Shown here: positions 9,243 through 21,656 of the stretch, one piece after another
Layout of the letters: every line of letters begins with the position of its first letter
How positions within the stretch are numbered: position 1 is the first letter of the stretch
Position numbers and translations under genes: made by a program
Notes under the pieces: model-generated
The model's input: only the letters and a program-made list of their open reading frames with translations
The model's database searches: none
What the model was told of the DNA's origin: nothing
Assembly: GCA_963819375.1 (NCBI GenBank)
Contig: CAWFVU010000004.1
Span: forward strand, 321,960-385,959
Direction: 5' to 3'
DNA: 64,000 nucleotides
DNA from: an uncultured Pseudomonadota bacterium
Lineage (GTDB): Bacteria > Myxococcota_A > Polyangia > Fen-1088

Positions 9243-10250
9243 GTGGAAAACGGAGCTCGTAGTCGGGTGGCCATCGCGTGCCAGGGGGGAGGGAGTCACA
9301 CCGCATTCACCGCGGGTGTCCTCGAGGGGCTGATGACGCGCATTCCGGATGACATCGAGATCGTCGCGCTCTCAGGCACGTCGGGCGGAGCGATCTGCGC
9401 GGCGCTGGCTTGGGACGGCCTGGTCCGAAACGATCCGGAGCTGGCGGTGCGCAAGCTGCGGGGATTCTGGGACGCGATGTCGGCCCGGGAACCCATGGAC
9501 AAGCTCGCCAATCAGGCTCTGCTGAGCATGATGAGCCTCCGCGACCTGATGGTCCTGCCGGAGGTGAGCCCGTACAACCTGCCTCAGTGGGGCGAGGACA
9601 AGTTTCGCGCCATGCTGAACGAGTACTTCGACTTCGAGGAGCTACGCGCGCTCGCCCGTCGACCGGGGGCGCCGGCACTCAAGATCGGGGCGGTGGAGGT
9701 GCTGAGCGGCCACTTCGAGCTTTTCACGGGTGACGAGCTCTGCGCCGAGTGCCTGCTGGCCTCGGCGGCCATCCCGGAGATGTTCCGCGCCGTCAACGTC
9801 CCGGGGCGGGGGGTGTTCTGGGACGGTCTCTTCTCTCAAAATCCGCCGATTCACAACCTGGTGGAGCACCACATCGACGAGCTGTGGGTGATTCAGATCA
9901 ACTCCAGCACCTGCGCCCGCGTCCCCACCGAGACCCACGAGATTCTCGATCGCAGGAACGCGCTCTCTGGAAATCTGTCGATGGAACAAGAGCTGAAGTT
10001 CATCGACACGATCAACCGCGCCCTCGCGGAGCGAAAGATCCACGACTCCAAGTACCGCCGGATTCGGGTGGCGCGCATCGCTCTGGATCGCGAGCTCAAT
10101 TATCGCTCGAAGCTCGATCGCAGCCCTGAGCTGCTCTCGGAGCTCAGGGACTACGGGATCATGAAGTGGAAGCGGTTCGTCAAGGAGCGCACCGCCTGGA
10201 TGGACGACACGCGCGCGCTCCGGATGGAATCGCAGCAGATGTCGGTCTGA
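9243..10250 (+). CDS. patatin-like phospholipase
   Basis: Oxyanion motif CQGGGSHTAF, nucleophile elbow GTSGG and catalytic-Asp motif WDGLFSQNPP. GTG start. Confidence 0.85.
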   Translation: MENGARSRVAIACQGGGSHTAFTAGVLEGLMTRIPDDIEIVALSGTSGGAICAALAWDGLVRNDPELAVRKLRGFWDAMSAREPMDKLANQALLSMMSLRDLMVLPEVSPYNLPQWGEDKFRAMLNEYFDFEELRALARRPGAPALKIGAVEVLSGHFELFTGDELCAECLLASAAIPEMFRAVNVPGRGVFWDGLFSQNPPIHNLVEHHIDELWVIQINSSTCARVPTETHEILDRRNALSGNLSMEQELKFIDTINRALAERKIHDSKYRRIRVARIALDRELNYRSKLDRSPELLSELRDYGIMKWKRFVKERTAWMDDTRALRMESQQMSV

Positions 10251-10279
10251 AGCGGGAACAGAGGAAAAGAGGCGGGGCG

Positions 10280-11266
10280 ATGGGCATTCGAATTTCGGCC
10301 GTCGGCGGCTACGTTCCGAGCACGGTCGTCACCAACGAGGAGTTGGCCCGACGGGTCGACACCTCCCACGATTGGATCGTCGCCAAGACCGGGATCCGGG
10401 AGCGGCGGTTCGCGGGGCCCGACGAGTCCCCCAGCGACATGGGGTGCGCGGCCGCGGAGCGCTGCCTGCGGAATGCGGCCGTCGACAAATCGGCCGTCGA
10501 TCTCATCGTCGTGGCCTGCGCGACGCCCGACCAGTCCCAGCCGGCGGTCGCCTGCCTGATTCAGGAGAAGCTCGGGATCTCGGAGCGGAACTGCCCGGCC
10601 TTCGACGTGAACTCGGTCTGCTCCGGCTTCGTCTTCGCGCTCAGCGTCGCCCAGGGGATGATGCTCGCCGATCCCAAGGCGTACGCCAACGTGCTGGTCA
10701 TCGGCGTCGATGCTTTCTCCAAGATCATGAACTGGGACGACCGGCGCACCTGCGTGTTCTTCGGCGACGGGGCGGGCGCCGTTCTCCTCACGCACACCGA
10801 GGACGACCGGCGGATCCACTTCAAGCTGGGGAGCGACGGGCGCGGCAGCAAGACCATCGCGGTGCCGGCCGGTGGCACGCGGATGCCGGTCGACGCGAAT
10901 GTCCTCGAGAAGCGACTGAACACCTTCACGATGGACGGCCCCAAGGTCTGGGAGTTCGCGGTGAACGCCGTCCCCCGGGTGATCCGGGGCCTCTTGGCCG
11001 AGCACGATCTGGCGCCGGCGGATCTCGACCTCCTGGTCCTGCACCAGAGCAACCTGCGGATGATCGAGGCGATGATGAAGTCGCTCGATCTTCCGCCCGA
11101 CCGGTCGGTCAGCACCATCGAGACCTACGGGAACACCGCGGCCGCCAGCATCCCTCTGACCCTGGAGAAGGCCTGGGAAGCCGGAAAGCTTCGTCCCGGA
11201 GCACGCGTGTCGCTGTGCGGCTTCGGCGGCGGCCTCTCCTGGGGCGCGGCGCTGCTCGAGTGGTGA
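10280..11266 (+). CDS. fabH: 3-oxoacyl-ACP synthase III (KAS III)
   Basis: ATG at 10280 (RBS GGAAAAGAGG) within ORF 10166..11266. MGIRISAVGGYVPSTVVTNEELARRVDTSHDWIVAKTGIRERRF, active-site region NSVCSGFVFAL, HQSN, GNTAAASIP. Confidence 0.9.
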   Translation: MGIRISAVGGYVPSTVVTNEELARRVDTSHDWIVAKTGIRERRFAGPDESPSDMGCAAAERCLRNAAVDKSAVDLIVVACATPDQSQPAVACLIQEKLGISERNCPAFDVNSVCSGFVFALSVAQGMMLADPKAYANVLVIGVDAFSKIMNWDDRRTCVFFGDGAGAVLLTHTEDDRRIHFKLGSDGRGSKTIAVPAGGTRMPVDANVLEKRLNTFTMDGPKVWEFAVNAVPRVIRGLLAEHDLAPADLDLLVLHQSNLRMIEAMMKSLDLPPDRSVSTIETYGNTAAASIPLTLEKAWEAGKLRPGARVSLCGFGGGLSWGAALLEW

Positions 11267-11354
11267 CCGGCGTCGTGCCGAAACGTGCCCTCGAGGCGGT
11301 TTCCGAAGAGGCGCCTTGACAGGACGCGAGGCGCCTCTCTAGGCTTCAAGCACT

Positions 11355-11804
11355 TTGAAGCGATTCCAAGTTCGTGGTTTGGATGGGGCGAGGTGTCTGC
11401 TGGCGTCGGCCGCGCTGATGTTCGCCGGGTGCGGAAGCAGCAGCGGCGGGAGCAACGTGGACGCCTGGGTGGGCAACTGGATGGAGGGGGGGACACAGTC
11501 GACCACCTGCGCCGGCGTTTCGACGACGACGCAGCTGAGCATGCTGGTCGTCTTCTCGGCCGGCTCGAAGGCCGGAACCATCGAATCATCGGCCGACAGT
11601 TGCGTGCTCGTCTGGGACGTGAGCGGCGACAAGGCCACGCTGGAGAGCGGACAGACCTGCACCGCCTCGATCGACGGCGTGAACGCGTCGGTCACCTGGA
11701 CCGCCAGCACGCTCACGCTCAACGGCAACACGATGACCGGCATGCTCGGCGGCTCGGGGAACGACTGCCCGTTCACCCAGCAGGCCACCTTGACCAAGAT
11801 GTAA
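11355..11804 (+). CDS. small lipoprotein, unknown function
   Basis: 149-aa ORF with lipobox LMFAGC|GSSSGG and a Thr/Ser/Gly-rich beta-type mature part containing 5 further Cys (6 Cys in the ORF including the lipobox Cys). TTG start at 11355 (start uncertain). Confidence 0.6.
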   Translation: MKRFQVRGLDGARCLLASAALMFAGCGSSSGGSNVDAWVGNWMEGGTQSTTCAGVSTTTQLSMLVVFSAGSKAGTIESSADSCVLVWDVSGDKATLESGQTCTASIDGVNASVTWTASTLTLNGNTMTGMLGGSGNDCPFTQQATLTKM

Positions 11805-11881
11805 CGCGAGAAGGTCGTCCCCTCTCGCCAGCACCGACCCGCGCGACCAGCGCGCGAGTCGGTGGCTGAAATCCTTGTGTG

Positions 11882-14256
11882 TTACGCGCGGGCCGTGGCT
11901 TCGGGGCCCGCCGCCGAACCCTCGGGTCCGGCAACGACAACCGGCACGGTCTCCAGAGTCAGCTCCAGCGCTTCGTCGATCTTCTTGACGAAGACGATGT
12001 CCATCTCGGCGCGGACGGTCTCGGGGATGTCGATGACGTCCTTGCGGTTGCGGTCGGGCAGCACCACCCGCTTGATGCCCGAGCGGTGGGCCGCCAGCAC
12101 CTTCTCCTTGATGCCGCCGACCGGCAGCACGGTGCCGCGCAGGGTGATCTCGCCGGTCATCGCCACGTCGCCGCGCACGCGCCGCCCGGTGAGGAGCGAC
12201 ACCAGCGCAACGGTGATGGCGACGCCCGCCGACGGACCGTCCTTCGAGACGGCGCCCTGCGGGACGTGCAGGTGGATGTCGGTCCGCTCGAAGTCGGTGG
12301 TGATGCCGAGATCCTCGACGTGCGTCCGGACCCAGGAGAGGCCCGCGCGCGCCGACTCCTTCATCACGTCACCGAGCTGTCCGGTGAGGATCAGGGTCCC
12401 CTTGCCGGGCATTGCAGAAACCTCGATGAAGAGGATGTCGCCGCCGGTCGGCGTCCAGGCCAGCCCCGTCGAGACGCCCGGGATCTCCGTCCGTTCGGCC
12501 GCTTCGGAGTAGTACTGCTGCGGTCCCAGGATGTCGGAGATGGTCGCCGGCACCAGGTTGGGATCGTACGGTTGGTTCTCCGCCACCTTGACCGCGATGT
12601 TGCGGATCACGCTGGCGATCTCGCGCTCGAGGTTGCGCACCCCCGCCTCGCGCGTGTACTGCTCGATGACGGTGTTGAGCGCCTCGTCGGAGAGCTTGAT
12701 CCGCTCCTCGTCGAGCCCGTGCTCGGCGACCTGCTTCGGCACCAGGTGGCGCTTGGCGATCTCCAGCTTCTCCTCGCGGGTGTAGCCGGGGATCTCCAGC
12801 ACCTCCATGCGGTCGAGCAGCGCCGGGGGGATGGGATCGAGCATGTTCGCCGTGGCGATGAAGATGACGTCGCTGAGGTCGAAGTTCACCTCCAGGTAGT
12901 GATCGGAGAAGGTGGAGTTCTGCTCCGGATCCAGCACCTCGAGGAGGGCGGCCGACGGGTCGCCCCGGAAGTCGGCGCCCAGCTTGTCGATCTCGTCGAG
13001 CATGAAGACCGGATTGCGTGACCCGACCCGCCGCATCCCCTGGATGATTCGTCCAGGGAGCGCGCCGATGTAGGTCCGTCGGTGACCGCGCACCTCGGCC
13101 TCGTCGCGCACGCCGCCCAGGGAGACGCGGATGAACTCGCGTCCGAGCGAGCGGGCGATCGACTTGCCGAGCGACGTCTTACCGACGCCCGGAGGGCCGG
13201 CGAGACAGAGGATGGGCCCCTTCTTCCCCGGCGCGAGCTTGCGCACGGCCAGGTACTCGAGGATGCGCTTCTTCACCTTCTTGAGGTCGTAGTGGTCGCT
13301 GTCGAGGATCTCGCGCGCCTGATCGAGAATCGAGGCGATCCTCGGTCCGCTTCGACCAGGGAAGCTCGACGAGCCACTCGAGGTAGGTCCGCTGGACGGT
13401 GTACTCCGCCGAGGACTGGGCCATCTGCTTGAGACGATCGAGCTGCTTGCGCGCGGTCTTTTCGACCTCGGCAGGCATCTCGGACGCCTTGATCTTCTCG
13501 TCGAACGCGTCGAGGTCGCTGGCGTCCTCGCCCTCGCCGAGCTCGTCCTGAATCGCCTTCAGCTTCTGGCGCAGCACCGCCTCGCGCTGGTGCTTGGAGA
13601 ACTCCTCCCGCACCTGCGAGTCGATCTTCTGCTTCACCTTGATCAGCTCCACCTTGCGCTGGAGCAAGACCAACAGGCGCCGGAGGCGCTCGGCCACGTC
13701 AATCTCCACCAGCAGCGACGCGCGCTCCTCGGGAGACAGGTCCACCGTCGCGGCGACGATGTCCCCGAGGCGGCCCGGGTCCTTGTGCTGGTCGAGCACC
13801 TGCGCCGTCTCGTCCGGGATGTCGGGCGAGATGGCGATGAGCTGCTTGGCCACGTCGTAGACCGCCATGCCGAGGCCGTCGATCTCGATCGGGATCTTTG
13901 CGGATCTCGACGAGCGGCTCGTACGACGCCAGCAGGTAGGGCTTCTCCTGGACGAAGCCGGTGACGCGGCGCCGCTCGGTGCCGCGGAGAACCGCCGTCA
14001 CGCGGTTCTCGGCCGCCTTGACGATACGAACGACCTCGCCCTCGACGCAGATGGTGTAGAGATCGGCGCCAGCCGGCTCTTCGATGTCGGCGTCTTTCTG
14101 GGTGCCGACGAGGACGCGCGCGCCTTTGCCGCCGAGCGCCTCGATGAGACGGAGGGAGCTGGCGCGACCAATCTCGACCGGCATCACGGCGCCGGGGAAT
14201 AGCACCAGGTTGCGGAGCGACAGGAGCGGGAGGGTCTTGGTGGTGTCAGCGCTCAT
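11882..14256 (-). pseudogene. lon: ATP-dependent Lon protease, reading frame broken by two +1 frameshifts (or assembly errors)
   Basis: Three consecutive minus-strand ORFs together make one Lon. 13699..14256 is the LON N-domain (LPLLSLRNLVLFPGAVMPVEIGR). 13179..13868 is the coiled coil (..[32 protein letters not shown]). 11882..13276 is AAA+ (GPPGVGKTS) plus the S16 protease ([10 protein letters not shown]). Shifting the frame at ~13890 and ~13330 restores ..IEIDGLGMAVYD.. and ..[29 protein letters not shown]. Strong SD AAGGAG upstream of ATG 14256. Confidence 0.85.
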
Positions 14257-14350
14257 GGATTGGTTGGCCTCTCCTTTAGGATGCCGCGGGGCTGAAAAAG
14301 ATATAACAGATTTGTTTCGTGGAACTGGGATGCGGGGCGACGCAGACCGC

Positions 14351-15298
14351 TCAAAATCGGCGCACCTCTCCGGTGGCGGTTCGCCGGGCGAGCTCTTCGA
14401 GCAGCTTCCGCGTCTCGGCGTCGTCGGGGCCGACCTTCGGCGCCACGATCTCGACGCGGCAGAGCTGATCGCCGCGCGAGCCGTCGGCGCTCTTGACGCC
14501 GCGGCCGCGCAACCGCAGCCGGGCGCCGCTCGACGTGCCGGGCGGGACCGTGACGGTGACGCGCCCCTCGACCGTGGGGACCTCGATCTTGGCTCCGAGC
14601 GCCGCCTCGGCGAACGTCACCGGTAGGTCGAGCTCGATGTCCGAGCCGCGGCGCCGCAGGAACGGATCCGGACGGACCTCGATGTCGAGGTAGAGATCGC
14701 CGGGCGTGCCGTTGCGCGCCGGTGCAGGGCCGCCTTGTCCGGGCAGGCGAAGCCGCCCGCCCTCTTCGACGCCTGGCGGGATGTTCACCTCGACGGCGGT
14801 GCCGCTGCCGGTGCGGACGGTGCGCTTGCCGCCCAAGGCCGACTCGACGAACGTGACCTCCATGCGCCCTTCGATGTCGCTGCCGCGCGCGGGGCGCGTC
14901 CGTTGCCGCCGCGGATCGAAGCCGACGCCAGGACCGCCTCCGCCGCCGAACAACGTGGAGAAGATGTCATTGATGTCGAACTCGCCGGACATCCCGCCAC
15001 CGCCGCCGGCCCCAGCGCGCGAGCGGCCGAACGTCTGCGCGAAGGCCTCCGCGTCGAACCCTTCTGGCATCCCGTCCGGGCGGATGGGGGCGTGTTTGAG
15101 ACGGTCGTACTCCTGACGTTTCTTGGAATCGCCGAGGACGTCGTAGGCCTCGTTGATCTCCTTGAAGCGCTCCGTCTTCTTCTTGTCGTCGCCGGTGATG
15201 TCGGGGTGGAATTCCTTGGCCAGCTTGCGATACGCCTTCTTGATCGCCGCTTCGTCCGCGCTCTCCGCAACCCCCAGCGTCTTATAAAGATCTTTCAT
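14351..15298 (-). CDS. DnaJ-class co-chaperone without zinc finger (CbpA/type II J-protein)
   Basis: J domain DLYKTLGV..AIKKAYRKLAKEFHPDITGDD..FKEINEAYDVLGD, a G-rich linker, then two DnaJ C-terminal beta domains. No CxxCxGxG repeats. Confidence 0.85.
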   Translation of the reverse strand: MKDLYKTLGVAESADEAAIKKAYRKLAKEFHPDITGDDKKKTERFKEINEAYDVLGDSKKRQEYDRLKHAPIRPDGMPEGFDAEAFAQTFGRSRAGAGGGGGMSGEFDINDIFSTLFGGGGGPGVGFDPRRQRTRPARGSDIEGRMEVTFVESALGGKRTVRTGSGTAVEVNIPPGVEEGGRLRLPGQGGPAPARNGTPGDLYLDIEVRPDPFLRRRGSDIELDLPVTFAEAALGAKIEVPTVEGRVTVTVPPGTSSGARLRLRGRGVKSADGSRGDQLCRVEIVAPKVGPDDAETRKLLEELARRTATGEVRRF

Positions 15299-15316
15299 TC
15301 GTGGTTGGTCACTCCA

Positions 15317-17959
<2,643 letters not shown>

Positions 17960-18086
17960 GGGACGGCTAAAGAGGTAAGCACCACGACGGGCCCGACAAG
18001 CTGCGGTGCGGTGAGGCCTCGACAGACCATCCTCGTCCCGTGTTCGACCTATCGACAAGCGAACGGTTCCGAGTAGATTCCGATGG

Positions 18087-19883
18087 GTGTCGTACCTGGT
18101 TTTGGCCCGGAAGTACCGGCCGCAGCGGTTCTCGGAGCTGATCGGGCAGGAGCACGTCGCCCGGACACTCTCGAACGCCATCGCCCAGAACCGCGTCCAC
18201 CACGCCTTTCTCTTCACGGGGGCGCGCGGGGTGGGGAAGACCAGCGCGGCCCGGATCCTGGCGAAGGCGCTCTCCTGCGAGAAAGGGCCGACGGCCGAGC
18301 CCTGCGGCGTCTGCGACATCTGTCAGGAGATCGCGGGCGGGCGCTCGGTCGACGTCATCGAGATCGACGCCGCCTCCAACACCAAGGTCGAGGAGACCAA
18401 GTCGGTCCTCGAGGGGGTCCGGTATTTGCCGGCGCGGGCGCGGCGCAAGGTCTACATCATCGACGAGGTGCACATGCTCTCGGCGCACTCGTGGAATGCG
18501 CTGCTGAAGACCCTGGAAGAGCCGCCGCCGCACGTGGTCTTCGTGTTCGCCACGACCGAGGTGCACAAGATCCCGGCGACGATCCTGTCGCGCTGCCAGC
18601 GCTTCGACTTCAAGCTGATCTCGACGGCGCGGCTGACCACTCACCTCACCGAGATCTTGGGCTCCGAGAAGATCGACGCCGCGCCCGAGGCGGTCCGTCT
18701 CGTCGCCCGGCAGGCGGCCGGCTCGGTGCGCGATGGCCTCTCGCTGCTCGACCAGACGATCGCCTATGTGGGGACCGACCGGCTGACCGCCGAGGTGACG
18801 GCCGACGTGCTGGGGATCGCCGACCGGCAGCTGCTGGTGGCGCTGACGGTGGCGGTGCTGGATCGCGATCCGGGGGCGGCGTTGCGCCTCATCGCGCGGG
18901 CGGCCAATCGCGGGGTCGACCTTGGCCAGCTCGGGCGGTCGTTCCTCGGCTTCTTGCGCGATCTCGAGGTGGTCGCCTCGGTGAAGCCGGTGCCGGGCGT
19001 CGAGCTCGCCGACCTCCTCGACGCGACGTCGGAGGAGATCGACGAAGTGCGGGGGCTGGCCGAGCGCGCCGGGCCGGGCCTGGTCACCGTGCTGTTCAAT
19101 CGCTGGGCGCGCGCCGTCGACGAGGCGTCGCGCCTTCCGACGCCGCGTCTCTTGTACGAGATGGCGGCCATCAATCTGTGCGCGGCGGAGCCGATGGTGC
19201 CGCTCGGTGATCTGCTGCAACGCCTCGACGAGCTGGAGGGGCGCCTGCGCGGCGCCCGCCCGGCGCCAGCACCCGTCGCGGGCGGCGGCGGTCCGGCCCC
19301 GGCCCCGGGCGCGCCGCCCCAGCCAAAGCCGCCGGCCCCGGGACCGCGCGCCTGGGGCGCCCCGGTCTCAGCCGCGCCCAGCTCGTCCGCGCCGGCCGCA
19401 CCATCGCCCGCAGCCTCAGTGGCCGTTGCGGCGCCGCCGCCTGCCTCGCCGCCCGCGGAGAAGAAGCCGGTCGGCAGCCCGGCCGAGATCTGGCGGAGCA
19501 TCCTTACCAACTTCGAGGCCAAGCGGCCGCGGCTGGCTGGCCTCTTGGCCCACGCCGAAGTGGCCTCGATGACGACGGGGGCCGTCACGCTGGTTTTTCC
19601 GGACAAGTTCACGTCGGACCAGACGGAGAAGTCGCGCGGCGAGGTCGAGGCGTCGATTTCAGAGGCCCTCGGTCAGGCGACGCGCGTGACGTTCTCGGTG
19701 GGCGGCCCGGCGAACGGAACGGCCGCCCGCTCGAACGGCGCGACCGTCCGCTCGGAGGTCGGCCAGCAGAGCGACGCGGCCGCCGCCGACCGCAAGGCAC
19801 GGGAGAACGAGGCCCGCCAACATCCACGCATCCGCAACGCGCAGGACGTGTTCGGCGCTGCGCTCAAGGAGATCAAAACCTGA
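18087..19883 (+). CDS. dnaX: DNA polymerase III subunit gamma/tau
   Basis: [42 protein letters not shown], followed by a Pro/Ala-rich linker and a C-terminal tau-type region. GTG start. Confidence 0.9.
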   Translation: MSYLVLARKYRPQRFSELIGQEHVARTLSNAIAQNRVHHAFLFTGARGVGKTSAARILAKALSCEKGPTAEPCGVCDICQEIAGGRSVDVIEIDAASNTKVEETKSVLEGVRYLPARARRKVYIIDEVHMLSAHSWNALLKTLEEPPPHVVFVFATTEVHKIPATILSRCQRFDFKLISTARLTTHLTEILGSEKIDAAPEAVRLVARQAAGSVRDGLSLLDQTIAYVGTDRLTAEVTADVLGIADRQLLVALTVAVLDRDPGAALRLIARAANRGVDLGQLGRSFLGFLRDLEVVASVKPVPGVELADLLDATSEEIDEVRGLAERAGPGLVTVLFNRWARAVDEASRLPTPRLLYEMAAINLCAAEPMVPLGDLLQRLDELEGRLRGARPAPAPVAGGGGPAPAPGAPPQPKPPAPGPRAWGAPVSAAPSSSAPAAPSPAASVAVAAPPPASPPAEKKPVGSPAEIWRSILTNFEAKRPRLAGLLAHAEVASMTTGAVTLVFPDKFTSDQTEKSRGEVEASISEALGQATRVTFSVGGPANGTAARSNGATVRSEVGQQSDAAAADRKARENEARQHPRIRNAQDVFGAALKEIKT

Positions 19884-20203
19884 TGTCGATCCCCGATCTC
19901 AAGGGGCTGCTCGAGACGGCCCAACGAATTCAGACCGAGGTGGCGCGGGTGCGCGAGGAGCTGGCGCGCAAGACCGTCGTCGGTGAGACGGGCGGCGGCC
20001 TCTGCCGTTGCACGGCGAATGGCAAAGGGGAGATCCTCTCGATTGTCATCGAGGACGCGATCGTCGGTGACAAGAAGATGATCGAGGACCTGGCGGCCGG
20101 CGCGGTGAACATCGCGCTCCAGCGGGCGCGAGAGCTGGCCGACGCCGACCTGGCCCAGGTGACCGGAGGCCTGCCGGTCCCCCCCGGGATGTTCGGGGGC
20201 TAG
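19883..20203 (+). CDS. ybaB: YbaB/EbfC nucleoid-associated protein
   Basis: 106 aa in the conserved dnaX-ybaB-recR position. The start overlaps the dnaX stop (TGATG). Confidence 0.9.
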   Translation: MSIPDLKGLLETAQRIQTEVARVREELARKTVVGETGGGLCRCTANGKGEILSIVIEDAIVGDKKMIEDLAAGAVNIALQRARELADADLAQVTGGLPVPPGMFGG

Positions 20204-20210
20204 CGCGCGG

Positions 20211-20804
20211 ATGTTCGCGTCGCCGATCGCCAAGCTCATTCAGCAGCTGGCCAAGTTGCCGGGCGTGGGGGAAAAGACCGCCGCCCGGCTGGCGTTTCAC
20301 ATCCTGCGCGCCGCGCCCGAGGATGCGGCGGCCCTGGCGGCCGCCATCGGCGAGATTCGCCAGAAGATCCGCTTCTGTTCGGTCTGCTGCGACCTCACGG
20401 AGGCCGACCCCTGCGCGATCTGCCGCGACCAGCGGCGCGACGGGGCGATGGTCTGCGTGGTGGCGCAGCCGCAGGATCTGATCGCCATCGAGCGGGCGGG
20501 GGGCTACCGCGGCCGCTACCACGTGCTGCACGGGTTGCTCTCCCCTCTGGACGGGATCGGGCCCGACGACCTGCGCGTGACCGAGCTGGTCCGGCGCTGT
20601 GGCGACGGGACGATCCTCGAGGCCATCCTGGCGACCAGCCCGAGCGTGGAGGGGGAGGCGACGGCCGTCTATCTCGCCAAGCTGCTCCGGCCGCTCGGGG
20701 TCCGGACGACCAGAATTGCCACCGGCGTCCCGATGGGCGGCGAGCTCGAGTATGCCGACCAGGCGACGCTCGCCCGCGCCATCGACGGCCGGCGCGAGAT
20801 GTAG
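20211..20804 (+). CDS. recR: recombination protein RecR
   Basis: LPGVGEKTAARLAFHIL helix-hairpin-helix, C4 zinc finger CSVCCDLTEADPCAIC, and a Toprim region. Confidence 0.95.
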   Translation: MFASPIAKLIQQLAKLPGVGEKTAARLAFHILRAAPEDAAALAAAIGEIRQKIRFCSVCCDLTEADPCAICRDQRRDGAMVCVVAQPQDLIAIERAGGYRGRYHVLHGLLSPLDGIGPDDLRVTELVRRCGDGTILEAILATSPSVEGEATAVYLAKLLRPLGVRTTRIATGVPMGGELEYADQATLARAIDGRREM

Positions 20805-20865
20805 GCGCGCGCGCCTCTGGTCGAAGCTGCTGGTCAAGGCGGCTGGGTCGCTATCCACTCGGTCG

Positions 20866-21010
20866 GCGCGAGCCCTTCAGGGCAGTGCGCGAGCCCTTCA
20901 GGCGGCGCGAGCCCTTCAGGCGGCGCGAGCCCTTCAGGCGGCGCGAGCCCTTCAGGCGGCGCGAGCCCTTCAGGCGGCGCGAGCCCTTCAGGCGGCGCGA
21001 GCCCTTCAGG
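20866..21010. repeat. intergenic 18-bp tandem repeat (GCGCGAGCCCTTCAGGCG), 8 copies
   Basis: One 21-nt variant (20866-20886), six perfect 18-nt units (20887-20994) and a 16-nt truncated unit (20995-21010). Located between recR and mglB. The ORFs reading through it ((ARALQA)n and (PEGLAP)n) are repeat artefacts. Confidence 0.9.
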
Positions 21011-21080
21011 ATTGTCCTCTGGCGGCCGACGTAGAGGTTGTCGGCGGCGTTCCACCGACGGCGCAGCTGGGGTACAATGC

Positions 21081-21109
21081 TTGAAACCCGGTTTCGCGAA
21101 TGATATTCG
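21081..21109 (+). promoter_or_regulatory. possible sigma-70-type promoter of mglBA (TTGAAA-N17-TATTCG with TGn extension)
   Basis: Locally AT-rich stretch in a GC-rich genome, 29 nt upstream of the mglB ATG: TTGAAA 21081-21086, TGA 21101-21103, TATTCG 21104-21109. Pattern match only. Confidence 0.3.
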
Positions 21110-21137
21110 TGAGCATTCCGGACTGGTGAGGAGCGCG

Positions 21138-21617
21138 ATGAGTGGCCCCGATGTGATGTTCCCCGAAGAGCAGCAGCAGATGACACTCGTCTGCGCGCGG
21201 CTCGCTCGGGACGCCAACGCCAAAGCAGTTTTGCTCATCGGCCGCGACGGTCAGCCGATCGCCGACGCTGGCGACATCGAGGAGCTGGACGTGACGTCGC
21301 TGTCGTCGCTGACGGCCGGCAACGTCGCCGCCACCGGCGGCATCTCGAAGATCCTGCGCGAGAAAGACTTCTCCAGTCAGTTCCACGAGGGGGAGAAGAC
21401 CAACATCCACATCACGCTGGTGGGTGGGCGTGCGATCTTGCTCGTGCTGTTCGACGAGCGGTCATCGCTCGGTCTGGTTCGGCTGCGCGTCCGGAAGTCT
21501 TCGGACGAGATGGTGCGCCTGTTCGATCAGGTCGCGAAGAAGGCCGCTTCCAAGAGCCAGCCGTCGATCCTGACGGAGATCACCGACAGCGACATCGACA
21601 ATTTATTCAATGACTGA
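21138..21617 (+). CDS. mglB: MglB, Roadblock/LC7-domain GTPase-activating protein of MglA
   Basis: ATG 21138 (RBS GGTGAGGAG) gives 159 aa. Roadblock-type sequence ..AVLLIGRDGQPIADAGD..LTAGNVAATGGISKIL.. lying directly upstream of mglA. Confidence 0.9.
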   Translation: MSGPDVMFPEEQQQMTLVCARLARDANAKAVLLIGRDGQPIADAGDIEELDVTSLSSLTAGNVAATGGISKILREKDFSSQFHEGEKTNIHITLVGGRAILLVLFDERSSLGLVRLRVRKSSDEMVRLFDQVAKKAASKSQPSILTEITDSDIDNLFND

Positions 21618-21656
21618 CCTCGCGATCACCACGCATCTGCCAAGACGGGTGGTCGA

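Noticed and set aside
14257-14350. Heat-shock (sigma-32 or CIRCE-type) elements upstream of lon, and similarly upstream of clpB
   Set aside because: I could align no CTTGAAA...CCCCAT pair and no TTAGCACTC-N9-GAGTGCTAA inverted repeat. Only an AT-rich stretch and the SD sequence are evident.
17960-18086. SRP (4.5S) RNA, which often precedes dnaX-ybaB-recR
   Set aside because: I found no GGAAGCAGCC / AGGUCCGGAAGG-type conserved helix-8 sequence in the 127-nt spacer on either strand.
17960-18319. 120-codon N-terminal extension of ClpB in the ORF track
   Set aside because: The canonical ClpB N-terminus MRLDKLT.. starts at ATG 17959. The extension is junk-like and would overlap the dnaX start region.
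18087-19883. Programmed -1 frameshift site in dnaX (the gamma subunit mechanism of E. coli)
   Set aside because: I saw no A-AAA-AAG-type slippery heptamer anywhere in the gene, so I make no claim.
20599-21238. ORFs translating the 18-bp repeat as (ARALQA)n, (PEGLAP)n or (LKGSRR)n; also considered as a CRISPR array
   Set aside because: They are open in several frames and on both strands only because the repeat has no stops, and there is no RBS or start context. The units are contiguous with no spacers and far shorter than CRISPR repeats, and no cas genes are present.
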